Origin: Hyphochytrium catenoides
Taxonomy: Eukaryota; Protista; Hyphochytriomycota
NCBI GenBank assembly: GCA_900088475.1
Contig: FLMG01000904.1
Span: 1-64,000, forward strand
DNA length: 64,000 bases
Direction: 5' to 3'
Below, in pieces: positions 11,301-23,750 of the stretch. Numbering within the stretch: position 1 is the stretch's first letter; each line of letters opens with the position of its first letter. The notes below the pieces were generated by a model, which did no database searches, was not told the origin of the DNA, and saw only the letters and a list, made by a program, of their open reading frames with translations. Made by a program: the position numbers and the translations under genes.

Positions 11301-14300
11301 GTCGAACCATCCACATGTCGGCAAGACTTGTTGTTATCCTAGATTGCTTACCTGCCAGACAACTCTCTTGGGGTCAAATTTGTAATCGAACACGCTACCT
11401 TCCATAGGGAAGGGCACGCTGCTCTTCAACCCTGCTTCCACTTGGTAATCAGGAGTTTTCGACAAAAATTCCTTGTGGGCATCGGAGCTTTCCAGCTTTT
11501 CTCCATTCGTGAGCACCCGCAAATAGATGTCGAAAAGGTCTCTGCTTTTACTGTCCACACACCCACCAAACGACCACATAGCTGCCATCAGAAAGCAGCC
11601 CTCAAGGATTTTTGGCGCGTCTGAGCCCAAGTTCTCCACTCCATCTACAAGGGCGGGGAAATAAAGGTAAGCAATTCAAAAAGCATAGTCCTTGACAAGA
11701 AGATGGCATGACGGCAGGTCCGACAGTAACACAGAATCCCAGACAGCTTTTGAAGCCAAAACCCGAGGCATGATCACTCCGGACATCAATGACCGCGCTA
11801 GGGAAGATCTCTTACCAAGGAAGCTCTGGAAGAGACGAAGACAAGATGCAACCATTTCCATGAACGTCACTGCTGTTGGAGTGACACAGAACTTCTCGAC
11901 GAAAAAGAGAAGGGGTGGCACCAGCCACTCCATAAGATCCTTAATGGCGTCTTCTTGGCCGACCAGAGCGGGGGGCAATTTTTCCACAATCCATGACTGA
12001 ACTAGTACTTTCCACCCAAGGTTCTTTGGTTCCATAAAGACCATACCCACGCGAGAGACAGTGGCTGGAGATGCCTGGAGTTTACAAAAGATGGGTTTCA
12101 GTTGTAGACCACGAAATAGAGTTACACGTATCTCGTCAAACCTCATCCAGATTTTCAGCCTCAAACATCATTGTCATTTGGTCGGTCATTTTGATAATCT
12201 CTCCACTGTTGAGACACAGCTTCTTATTATCGTCTAAGACGGTGTTCATGTTTTCAATCCAAACTGCGTCCACGGGGCCGTCGAACATCACCCATTTGCG
12301 GTCGGGACTGGCGTCCTGTGCACAAGCGCGATATGTGCAAGCCAGGATTCCTTTGCATAAGAAAAAAATCAGTTCGGCATCGGAGAAAATTGGGAGATCG
12401 ATTAGACCAATGGCAAATGCAGTGGGTACAAGTATATGAAGAAGGCCCTGTCACCAGAGACGCAGGTAGCACACGGTGCAACGGTGGCTTACCGTCGCTC
12501 CATTCATGCGTATTCTCGTCAAAGTTGCCGTAGAGTTGCCCAGAAGCTATACTCTTTGGGTTCATGGTATAGATGTGCACTTTTTCTAGCTGCTGGCCTC
12601 CTGTTCTTTCGTTCACCAGAGTCATGGCCTTCGCCAAAGTATGCGTGATGGATGTCTTGCCAGAATAGGTGTTACCAACAACCATCAGTCCGTGTCGAAC
12701 TTGAACTGTCTCATAGAGCTGGACAACTTTCTTCACAAACTCTTCCTTTGGCACTAACTTTGTAAGCCGTGACTGTGTGATGCTGATGCCCATCTCGCAG
12801 ACCTCTGTGATTGTAGGTATCAGTTGGCCATGGTCAGGTTCGTCCAAGTCTACCCCAGGGAAAAGGTCTGACGTGATCCCTTTAAACAGGGGGAGATCGT
12901 CGGTGGTAAACTTAGGCAAATTTACATCCTGGACCGACCTGCTCACAAGCCCAATCAGAAAAGAAAAAAGACAAATCTCGAGTAAGCGATAAACCGTGAA
13001 ACCAAAAGCTAGGATCTCCCCACCTGAGAACTATTTTTTCTTCTGTCCATCGAGGATCATTGGCTAGTTTTTGACGAAGATTTCCACAAGCAACCAAAAT
13101 AGAATTCACCGCTCGCATTCCATAGTCATAGTGCTTCTGTGAAGAGAGCTGCTCGGAAGCCAGCGTCAAAACCTGTGCGATCGACACGACGGGATAACGG
13201 TAGGGCGATTAGCATCAGTAGACCTCTTCATGTGTCACACAGATGGAGAGCGCATTACCTGAACCAGTTTAAGGGCATTACTTCGCGCATTCTGGAAGCC
13301 AAACGAGTACAGGCGGATCTCGGCGATTAAGGCGTAGTTGGGTACCATCATGGCACATGGGCGGAAGAGTGCCTTCAGATTGTCAGGAAGCTCTGCTCTT
13401 CCCGCATAACCAGGATTCATGGTAATGAAAACATTGGCGTTCCTGTTGAGCTTTAAAAGAGTGCCCTCGAAGTGGAACTTATCCAAATTCCCCTTTTTCG
13501 CCTCATTTATTGTCAGAATTTGCTGAGCAATGACTGATAGAACCTCAATATTGATGCGGTTGAACTCATCGAAGCAACACCAGGACCCGCTCGCAGCTAA
13601 TCCCTTAAAGAATTTCGCCATTGCAAGATAGTCCAAGCCATCCGAACAGTTGAAAACCACGCATTGGATTGCAATAGCCTTTGAAAGGTCTTTTACTGTT
13701 TCGGTCTTCCCCGTACCAGCAGGACCTGATATTGATTCAGAATTAGTCGTACATAAGATGCAACAACAATACGTGGAGCGTGAAGAAGCTCGAGAAAAGC
13801 AGTCGTAAAGGCATATTGATCCACAAACGCGTTATACCTTCTGGCGCCCCGCCATAGAGCAGGTCAATTGCTCCCATCATTGTTCGATAGCAGCGATCGG
13901 TCAGTGGGGTGATAACCAGGCGAGACGTATTGCCGAGGTACTCATAGCCGTACCATACCTACCATGAACCCGTACATATTGTAAGATGTGCGGCAGTAGC
14001 CAGAGCGTTAAAGTGGACGACAAGGTCATGGTGTCAGATATCTTCTGCATCTATCTTACCTTTGCATTCACGATTCTGGCCTGCAAGTCCATGCCACCAT
14101 CTTTCCTCTTCCCCTCCACCCAGTAATATCGGAGCTGGCTAATCCACTCGAAATCCGTCACCTGCTCGACTCCGGCATCTATCATTTGAGATATGGTGTC
14201 TCTGGCATGCACATCTATCACCACCAGAGCTCCAATGGTGGTTCTCTCTAGCTTACTTAGATTTCCTCGGACGAGCACTACAATGTCATCTAGAGACCTA

Positions 14301-17300
14301 TTCGACTTTTCCAGGAATTGCTTGAGACCTTTGTTCCCGCTCTTCTTGATCACGTTATTCACATCATTCGTCCAGAACACCTGACTGACCCCCAGCACTA
14401 CCTGCGCGGGCCATTGCAGGCACCATTGCACGCGAGGATTCTTCGGATAAGCCTCAACAGCACTATCATGAGAGCGTTAGTCTCGGTTGCAACTTGAGTG
14501 GCTTGCGGGATAGCAAGCAACCTTCTCGCTCCGATTGCCATGTTCAACTTAACAGGAACGAGGTACTCACTCTATCATCTGAATTCCTATTCTACAGTAA
14601 CCAACACTGCATCAACCCATCCCTTCAGGTGGCATTAGTACCTGGCTGTTTGGAAGCGTACTGCTTCCCACTGTGACGCTTCGACCTCTAGCAGCCACAT
14701 CTCTACGTTTCCCTTGTTCTTGCTACTCTCCGGGTTCACCGGTGTCACTAGGGTAACTTCCTCTCCTTGGGCGCTGATCATCTTTGAAATCATCATGTCT
14801 TTCTCAAACTTGACCTTGCTAACTCCTTCAAAACACTTTCCTGTCAGGAAGTGTTAGAGACCAGCTAATGGAAGCTCCTCCTGGGTTGAGAAAGCCGTCA
14901 CGTGACTCCTGTCTTACCTAAATGTGGCTGGACTGCTAAGGGGTTCTTCGTCTGAGAGAGGATCTCGAGCAACTCGTCATTTGACAGAAAGAAAAAGCGA
15001 GGAAAGTAGAGCCTCTTCATCTCCAGGTAGTCATTTAGTCCCTTTTGAATCTCTTCAAGCTTCTCGTTGGCCTTTTGGAACTTTTGCAGAAGCTGGTCCC
15101 GGTTAGCGGCCTCCATGAAAGACGGTTCCGCCTGGGTATCACTCATGGTCTTCCGCCACAGAGCGTCGACGCTCGCGAATCTCCTGAAGAGAAAAGGCAC
15201 GAACGGTGAGATCACACTTCGGCCAAATCCATTCACATTTCTCTACCTTGCTTCTGCAGGCATCTGCCTCATGATATCTTCGGAACCAAATATGGGTTCT
15301 AGATAGAGCCAAGTGCGTTGGCATGCAATCCATTCATCCAAGAGTTGTTGAGCATACTGAAGCTTCTGTTCCCATGATTTGCAGTCCGACTCTATGGGCT
15401 TGATGTATGGCGATCCGCGCATCGTTTGGACCTTGACAATCTGGTCGTCAAGAAGAGCAATGATATCGTCCACGCCTCGCACCACGTACGTTCCTTTAAT
15501 GACGATAGCACCAGAGTCAGTAAACGGTATGTGCCATATGACCCTGATCCTCTGCATATGTGCCCGTCTAGTCTAGTAATTGTATACCTAGCTTTGTTTC
15601 AGTTCCACTCTATCTCCATTCCTAAGTCTGCACTGGTCATCTCTCGCAGGATAGCTCATACGCTATGCACGCACCTGTCTCCTTATATGGCAAAACCTCG
15701 AACTGGACGACATCCCATTCCGCCTTCATGTTATTTAATGCCCTTTCCAGCGAATATTCCTTCTCTGCTACCTGGCAGATCTCTTGGATCTTTTCTACAT
15801 GATTGATGATGCCGTTATCCAGCAACTGCTGCAACGTCAAGTCGTCGTCGGGTTCAATCGTCTGTCCAATCCTTTCCGATAGGATCTGCCAGTGGCGTTC
15901 GCGTAATGCAGGACTGGCTAGACTCTGGATAACGGGCAAGTACACTCGGAATTCATCCGTACGCTGGCGAAGGACCGCAGCCACTTCCGCTGACCCGGGA
16001 GCTGTGTCCGCCAGAAGCTTGCTCAATTTATATGACGATTTCCACCACTCGGTGACGTCCTTCTCGATTTTCCCAGCATCTAAGTCCTTAAATGGTCCCT
16101 TCAGCCAAGCATCCTTACTGTGTACATCGTAATGGTCAATAACTCTGTCAAGCGGCTAGCAGTGTGGCGCAGTGTGCCAGACGTAGTCGAACTCCTTTGC
16201 TATACTCTGGATGCCACTTACCTGTGGTAGAAATCACTGCACATGGTCCATAGCTTGAAGTATGGTTCAAATTCTCTCTCCAATTGGTCAATGATAGTGT
16301 ACTCATGCGGTGTGAAGCCAAAGACACTTTCCCTCATGTTGAAATCCTCAGCCTTTGCCCTCGTAGCGACAAGGTTGTCATGCAGAAAGCTGGCCAATTC
16401 AACGAATTTTTCGGTCTGTTCTATGTCCCCGTAGCCTTTGAAGGCCTGTACCTGGGTCTCGTACTTCTCCAGATCACCTGAACAAGAGATAGAGAGTACA
16501 TGCTTAGCTTTCTTATTGTGCGTATACAATCAGGAATTTCCACGTACTGTCGAATCGTTCCTTCTCCAGCGCCAATTTATCCATCATGACAATTTTATCG
16601 TGTTCAAGTTCCGCATTGGACTCTTCGGTAGCTTTGAGGATCCTGAGTGGCCACTGAAAAGATGTTAGCTTGCGACCTTGCGGCGAGTTCCTGGTATTAA
16701 GATAACTCCAACCTGCTTGGTGCTATATGCAAGGTCGAAGTCTTCCTGGGAAAGGCCTTGCCTAAACTCGTCAAGCATTGATATATTGTCATGTACTCTA
16801 GCAACCTCCAGACTCATCTCCTGGATCGTGTGTTTACTGTTCTGGATGAACTGCTTCAGCTGAGCCAGCTCAGACTCATTGGTCGGCTTTTTCTGAATAT
16901 TGGCTAGGATGTTCTCATACCTACGACGTCATCTTTAAGTCAGGACTGCGAGAGGCAAGTAGGAGGCCAAGTACAGAGGAGTTTAACACGCTACAGTTAA
17001 GTGAGCATTTGGCACAAATAGAACAGTCAGACAATGAGAACGGGCAAGTGGCCCGCTTGCACTAAGATGCAGACAGTGCTGTCCATTAGCTGACGAGCGA
17101 AGGTCGGACACTAGAAATAAGGCACCAATATAATGAAATTAAGGCCGAGAAGGAAGGACGAAAAGCAGATACCTCCGGGTAATGTCAAGGTTTTCTTGGC
17201 GAAATGAATTGACCAGTAGCCCAATTAGGGCGTTAGCAATTTCCATGGCTTTGGCGCGTAGCTGTTTTTTTATGTTTGAGGTGTCAATCCTCACAATTGA

Positions 17301-19806
17301 GAAGCTTTCAGAGTCATAAGATAAACCCTCTAGCTCTCGTGCAGTATGATAGAACTTCCTTATCTCTGCGGTGTACTCCTGAACGCTTGGTCGTGGCTCT
17401 CTGGTACTAAACAATTTTACGTACTGTCGGGTTGGTAAGAAATGTGTTAATGAAGGACATCATGATGAGAGGCACTGGACGTCAATCTTACATCCTCCGT
17501 CTGAATTGAGAAGAGTCTAGCATGATCTTGATAAAGACTGGCCAGCTGTAGAGGCTCAATCATTGCCTCCTTGAACATTTTAGAAATATCTTCAGTTACC
17601 TCCTGAAGAAGCATTTCCGTCGAACGCGCCTCGCAACACTGCGAGTAAAACGCAAAGAGCTTCTTCTTGGGAACAGGAAGGAGTGAAAGCATCTCACTGT
17701 CAATGGACTCAAAAGTATTGAGGGAAGCAGCAATCTGTCGCAGCTCATGAAGGAGGGCATCTTCCAGATCTCCCGGAGAGGGGTCGAGTTCAATCGTTCC
17801 ATTGACCTGAGCCAGTGAAACCGCAAACAGTGGGCCAGAGATTCTTGCACCTTCAATTGATGGCGTTTCCAACTTTCCCGTAGCCCCTTTAACATGTCTA
17901 GAGCTTCCTGAAGTGCACATTTGTATGAATTGACGCCAACCCTCAATAGAGGATTCCGCAAGCAGCCGAAGCTGTGAGCTCATCCGAAAATGGATATGCC
18001 GGAGCAGTTGATTTAGAGCACTAACTTGAAAGGATTTCATATCACTCTGAAAAAGGTCGAATACATCCTGAAGATTGTCCACTGCATTTTCGAGCACTGA
18101 ACGGCGCCAGTCGGTCGCCACCTGACTCGTAACATTCTTGTTGTGCTTGGACTGTCGTTCTCTAAAAATGGAGACCGCGCATGGAACTTGAAGGCCAGTT
18201 AATTCGATATCCACAAGCAGCTTTTTCTCAACAGATGTCTGCCAAGTTNNNNNNNGCGTGGCTCTATCTTTATTTTCCCGTATTGTGGCGGGACCGGTCT
18301 TTTGGGGATTGGGGGTAGTCTCATGCTTTCATACTCTTTGCTGAGTAGTGGATCAATAGCTAACTTTCGAAAGAGCGAACTCTTCTTGGAAACTCTGGTG
18401 TAGTCTCTTATGACAAAGTCAGTCAACGAACGAAGGAGTTGAAAGGATGGACTATTGCGCTGAATTGTGATGTTGGTGGGAAGACCGTCCGCTACTCTTT
18501 TGTGTATCCCTTCGAGAGTCTTCTGCTGCATGGTTCTAACCTCCTGAGCCGGCTGTTTGCTGACAAAATAGTCCAATCGGATAATCGCCTTGGCTGCTTC
18601 CCTGGCTTCAGAAGCTTTCTCTAGCCTCTTCTTGAAGAAGCTCTCATCTTCCTGTGCGTAGCACCCGTCAGATTTCATAGAACGATCAGCGAAGTGACAA
18701 TTATATATCTTACAGTGTCAAACATGAGATTAATCCGTCTGACTTTCTTCTCTTTCATGGTGTCTGGAAAGCGGATGAGGTAGAGACCGTCTTCTGAATT
18801 GTAGGAGAGGACCTGACAAGCTTTCCAAATCCATTCACCAGCAAGGTAGTACGGGGATTTGGCAGTCCTCGTGGTAAGTAACCAGTCCTCCCCACTCCGT
18901 GCCTCAAACTCATCGTTGTCAAATTGATCCAGCGGGAGGATGGACTGATCAAGCTTCAGGTATGCCTCGCTCTCCAATCTGGCCTCCCGAAGACTATCTT
19001 CGTTACCATCCTCGGGCACCACCAAAAACCTGTCCATACCTCGTTAAAAAGGAGCCCATGTGGCCTCTTTTGTCAGACTTACCGGTGTGGAGTAGATGTC
19101 TGCTCTGAGTCTACTTCAGTAACGCCAACATTGTCAATGATGACCTGCCCGGCCTCAATGCTCCGTTGTAGTCGACTTCTCCGAATCTCACCTGGATATT
19201 CCTTCATTGGTTTCTCCTGGTTGCTCTAAAAGTAGTGTTTGAGTACTCGATTTGAGGGAATAAAAATTACGAATCGCCACTAACCTTAAATATATCCTTA
19301 GCCAGTTTCTTGATCTGTCCTTGAAGGGTTCTTTGCTCACGTTCCTTATACTTATGCGGTATATTACTCTCATCGACGACAATCTGCAAAGCTCCGACTT
19401 AGTTGATGTGGTCAATTCCTTGTAGGTAGGCATTATAAATTCGTACCTGCGGCCCGGATTTCTGCTCCTGGAGGCCGATGTCGAAAGAAGATGCAGTTGC
19501 CGCTTTAGTATAAGATCCTCCAATACTTTTGAAGTTTTTGGCCACTTTTGTATCATTAGCTCTCTGCTTTGCCTGGCGCTTTTGCTGCTTTACCCAATCC
19601 GGAAGCTCTCTGGGTCCCAGGAGGTGAGACATGCCATTAAAGTACGAATCTTCGGGCAAGGTGGCTCCTCGACTGTCTTCTTTGGGGGCGGTCTCACTAA
19701 TATAAGAATCATCATCATACTTTTTTTTTTGTTCCAAATTCTGCAGGGTTTCGCGCCGTGCTTCCTCTTCTTCCCCCGGTGCCTTTCTTCCGGCATCTCC
19801 TTCCAT
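2337..19806 (-). CDS. DNAH1: Axonemal inner-arm dynein heavy chain, DNAH1-like (about 40 introns)
   Basis: Spliced exons give AAA1 GPAGTGKT and [28 protein letters not shown]2 [11 protein letters not shown]3 GDTGTGKS, AAA4 GVGGSGRKS, the stalk/MTBD ([16 protein letters not shown]), AAA5 [16 protein letters not shown]6 SLGQGQG and the C-terminus [14 protein letters not shown]-terminal [19 protein letters not shown] resembles the DNAH1 clade. The dynein call is secure; the subtype and start codon (ATG 19806) are less certain. Confidence 0.93.
18249..18255. other. Assembly gap (7 N) inside a dynein exon
   Basis: N run. The reading frame changes across it, so the gap length is probably wrong. 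Confidence 0.9.
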
Positions 19807-20445
19807 TTTTCCCTTTGGCAACTACCCAAGCTACGGAGGCATTGGGTTCGAGTTCCTAGCAATTCTCGCTGCTGAGCTTCAAAGGAGGTTCAGGATAGAG
19901 CTAGAATCGGAAGCTCCACTCTGGTAGGGAGGAAACTGAACGTTAATGTCCAAATCGAGACTGATGCAGACGTACGAGCTTCCGATGGTGGAGATGACGC
20001 TTCGTTCTTTGGCCCGCCCGCGGCCCTGGCGCTGCAATGTCAGGAAAACTAAAAGCCCCGCTGGTCATCCGTTTCGTCCCATTCAGAAGCCAGCCTCACT
20101 TTTAGGAATATAGGAGGTTATTGTTCAGAATAGAAGTGCCGTCAACCGTCAACTTACTGTAGCTCTCAAGAGCAGCAAACCTTTATGACCTTTCGAAGGA
20201 ACTTCAATCCGGACTGTAGGTGGGCTCTCACAGCNNNNNNNNNNNNNNNNNNNNNNNNNNNNNNNNNNNNCACTTTTTCATCACCACCAGGCAAGGGCGA
20301 CTGTCACGCCCAGGACCTTCAAGTGCTTCCCCTAGATCCACCTTCATAATTATCATTGCTGCGGAGCATCTGCTTGCTCCCAGTTCCTGGCTTACGCTCT
20401 CGTTGTCATTTCAGCCACCGAGATCATCACCTTTATCGCCTTGGA
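19807..20445. promoter_or_regulatory. Short divergent intergenic region shared by the dynein heavy chain and IFT81 (contains an N-gap at 20235-20270)
   Basis: Two genes start head-to-head about 640 bp apart. Promoter function is inferred from geometry only. Confidence 0.55.
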
Positions 20446-23443
20446 ATGATGGCGGACATACAGACGATTGTTGAGAAGCTGAATGAGCCGCCTTTTGAGA
20501 AGGGTTTGAGTTTGGTATGTTATACCAACAGATGTTTGGCTATTATATGCTCATATCAACCCCAGGTTGCTTTGGATGAAATATCTCAACGGCCGATGGA
20601 GTTAATCACTCTACTCAACGATGTTTTCAAGGCTATGGACTCCCGACATAGCGTCGACCTACGTGATGAGAATGACGATGCAAGGGCTTACAGATTCATG
20701 GAGTTTCTGCAACTTCTAAAGTATCCAGGGCTCCCCGCCGCGGATGGCATGTATGGTTGCTAAGTTCATCGCCGCTCCTGTTCCCCTTATAGAAAATAAC
20801 CTTCCTGTCGGTAGGGAGAACTATAGAGATGCGCTGAAGGAAGGCGATCGAGGGGCCATCTACCCTATCCTTTACTGGGTACTCTCAGACTTTTCCAAAA
20901 ACTCTAAGAGAGCGTATTTGGCTCGGTTCTTAGCCCCAACAGCAGTGCCGGCTGAATATTTGGCCCAGGACGAAGGTGAGAATAGTCTAGCCTTACTGGG
21001 CAGATAGCGACTAATATCCCTGCAATCTTCTTACCGCCAGCATTGAATGAACTCAATGTACATTTCAGACAGCTCCAGGAAGAGTTCAAACAGATTCATC
21101 GTCAAGCTGACCAAATGGTTCCAGGCAACTGTAATTGTCTTGCCTTGGCGGTTCACTAAATATTTCTCTCATGTAGCATTCCACGAAAGTCATTCCCACT
21201 GAGGAGCTCAAGCAGGAAGTAGCACAATTGGACCTCGAAAAGACACAACTTCATGACAAAATTGCAAACTTGAAGAAGAAAACCCAAAACTTGGTTAGAT
21301 AGGAGATGCTAGACTCCTTGTTTGGCAGACCCTGACCCCAGTCTTATGATGACAGGATGGGTTTCCAGAGCTCCTTCAAGCGACGAGTAGCCTGCGAAAG
21401 GAGCAGGAGGAAGAAGCGAAAGCTATGGAAAGACAAAGGTATTGACAAGCAAGTTCTCGCGTCCTACCTAAGCTTATTCTAGAGTCTGCAGAGACCAAAG
21501 GATAGCTCTCCAGCAAGCCGAAAGGCGCTATCAAGAGCTCGTACGGAGACTACAGGAGGCAAAGACGACCTCAACTTCTACTGTGGATGCAGAGGTCCTG
21601 GGTATTGTGAAGATAGAGAGTAGAAACCGTCACTTACGGCTGAATACCTGGACAGATTCTTCTAAATCGACTAAGCCGCGAAGTAGAGGAAAATCGATTG
21701 CTCTTGACTTCTCATTTTCCAACTGAAATTCGACAAAGGCAAGAAAGGCTTCATAGACTTGAGCAGGTGCGCCGTTCCATATGAACTGCTTGTATGGTGC
21801 TCTAACCCCATAGACCGCAGATGATGATGGAGCCCACGAAGACGGAAGGGGACCTTGCAGAAGTTGAAGACGAGATAATACGTACAGAGAAGACGATAGA
21901 GGTCACTACTGAACAAAAATGAAGATATTGCTTGAAGGAGTCTTCTAAGGCCTGCAAAACTTTAGGCCTTAAATGAGAAGATCTCTGCTACACAGAAGGC
22001 CACCGGCGATGATAAACTAGCTGTCTTCAGACAGCAGAGTAACGTTGTCGCCAAAAAGCTACAAGGCAAGGAGGAACAACTGGACAAGCTCCTCCAACAA
22101 TTGGATAAGCTCTCGAGAGACATTGAGTTGAGGGTAAGGTGACATGGGGCCACTTCCACTCTATTCGGTCTCTTCCGACATCACTGCATGCAGGAACATC
22201 GCCTCTCAGAGATCTCCGGGCCCAAATATATGAAAAAGGAAGATTTCAAGAAGTTTGCGAACGAGCTCCGGAATAAGACAAACGTCTACAAGTCGCTTAA
22301 GGCAGAGTTGTCAGAGATACAAGCGGAGACGGGTAACTATATATCCCTGAATCTCAGTCATGCTTTGGTTTGTGGCTTCAACCTACTATTATACAGTTAT
22401 CCTGGCGCGCACGCAGCAGATCATCAAGAGTCGAGCCACTGACCTGGATGACTTCCTTGAAAAGCTTGAAATGAAGAGAGGAGTAACTGGCTATTTGGAA
22501 ACACAGCAGAAGCTAGAGGCCGTGTCGGAAGCTAATTCTCTAGTTAATCAGACCAAAGGAAAGACCTTGGAGGAGATCAGCAAGATCGTCACTGACATCA
22601 ACCAAGTGCTGAAGGAGAGGAAGACAAAGTTAGCACCCCAGATTAAGGAGCTCAAAAGTGTTCGACAGACGTTTCAGGATATTGAGCAGCAGTATCTCGA
22701 GAAGAAGACCACATATGAGAACACTGCATTGGGGCTAGAGACCGAGCGAATGAAACTAGAACAGGAATGCGACGCCTTCCAGGTAGGAGCAAGAGTTAGG
22801 GGATTGATAGACGTGACGAGACTAAATAAGTTCCTTTACAGGAAGACTGCCTCAGAGAGGAGAGCAGGTACCACTTTCTGAACGCCTTAAGCACGATTAC
22901 CGACACCGTTTATGAAAAGGCCAGTGCGGTAAGAACCAATAGTTTGTACAGCGCCGAACAAACTCAGAAGTTCTCACGCTCCAAGTTACCTGGGAACAGG
23001 AGGCGCAATTTGATAAGGGTGAAGGGAAGTTTCTTCGGGACTTTGCTACATATAAACATTTCTATCAGAGCAAAATCCAGCAGCAGGAACTCCTCAGCAA
23101 GGAACTGAGACGGCAGCAGAAAGAGATCAAGGAGTCTGAAATGGGCAATTCTGATCAGGTGGGATGCCCTTAGCTTCTCTAGTTCGCTATAGCTGATCAT
23201 ATTAACTTATAGAGCATAATCTTATTGTAGGTGAAAATGTTCCAGGATCTTCGGCGGTTGTTGCAAGGCAAAGTTAAGGTGCTCAACCAGATGAAAGCTG
23301 AGATGAACAGGGCCAACATTGATCAGCTAGATCTCGGAGGAGCGGTAGGTGAATTTACATGGTAGGGTGGTGACGGCAACTTATTCCATTTTTCTCTTTA
23401 GAATGTCATGACAATAGCCTCCGATGATACGGAAGTGCCATGA
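20446..23443 (+). CDS. IFT81: Intraflagellar transport protein 81 (about 15 introns)
   Basis: Spliced product begins MMADIQTIVEKLNEPPFEKGLSL and includes IYPILYWVL, KRAYLARFL, LRKEQEEE, DDKLAVFRQQ, FKKFANELRNKTNVYK, KGKTLEEISKIV, KLAPQIKELKSVRQ and QVKMFQDLRRLL, all IFT81-like. All junctions are GT-AG and phase-compatible. It ends NVMTIASDDTEVP*. Confidence 0.95.
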
Positions 23444-23750
23444 ACATATTCTGTGCAGATGCGTAAGTGTCCCGGTCAGTTTACTCTTTGGTTGTAGCTC
23501 CGAGACGATAAAATATTAACTCAGAAAAGTGTGTCTTGTGTTGTTCTATATGCGGGTGGTAGTCGAGCCAAAGTTTACGTGCGCAAACTTCATTCTAACA
23601 GAGATGAGCTAAGGAAACCCTTCATTAGAGTAATGACATGGAGGATAGAGTGAGTAGGAACTACTCGAACAGTGAAACCGAACCATGTATCCTCGTTTGG
23701 AAGCAGTCTAATGTGCCCTCAAGCACTTTCTTTTCTCGACACCCGCCACA

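Noticed and set aside
18199-18300. Apparent frameshift in dynein, suggesting a pseudogene or programmed frameshift
   Set aside because: It coincides exactly with a 7-N gap, and the other exons I checked are intact.
2337-19806. Fragmented ORFs suggesting stop-codon reassignment or non-canonical introns
   Set aside because: Every junction examined resolves as a phase-compatible GT-AG intron. No in-frame stops were seen in conserved exons, and SF3B1 translates cleanly with the standard code.
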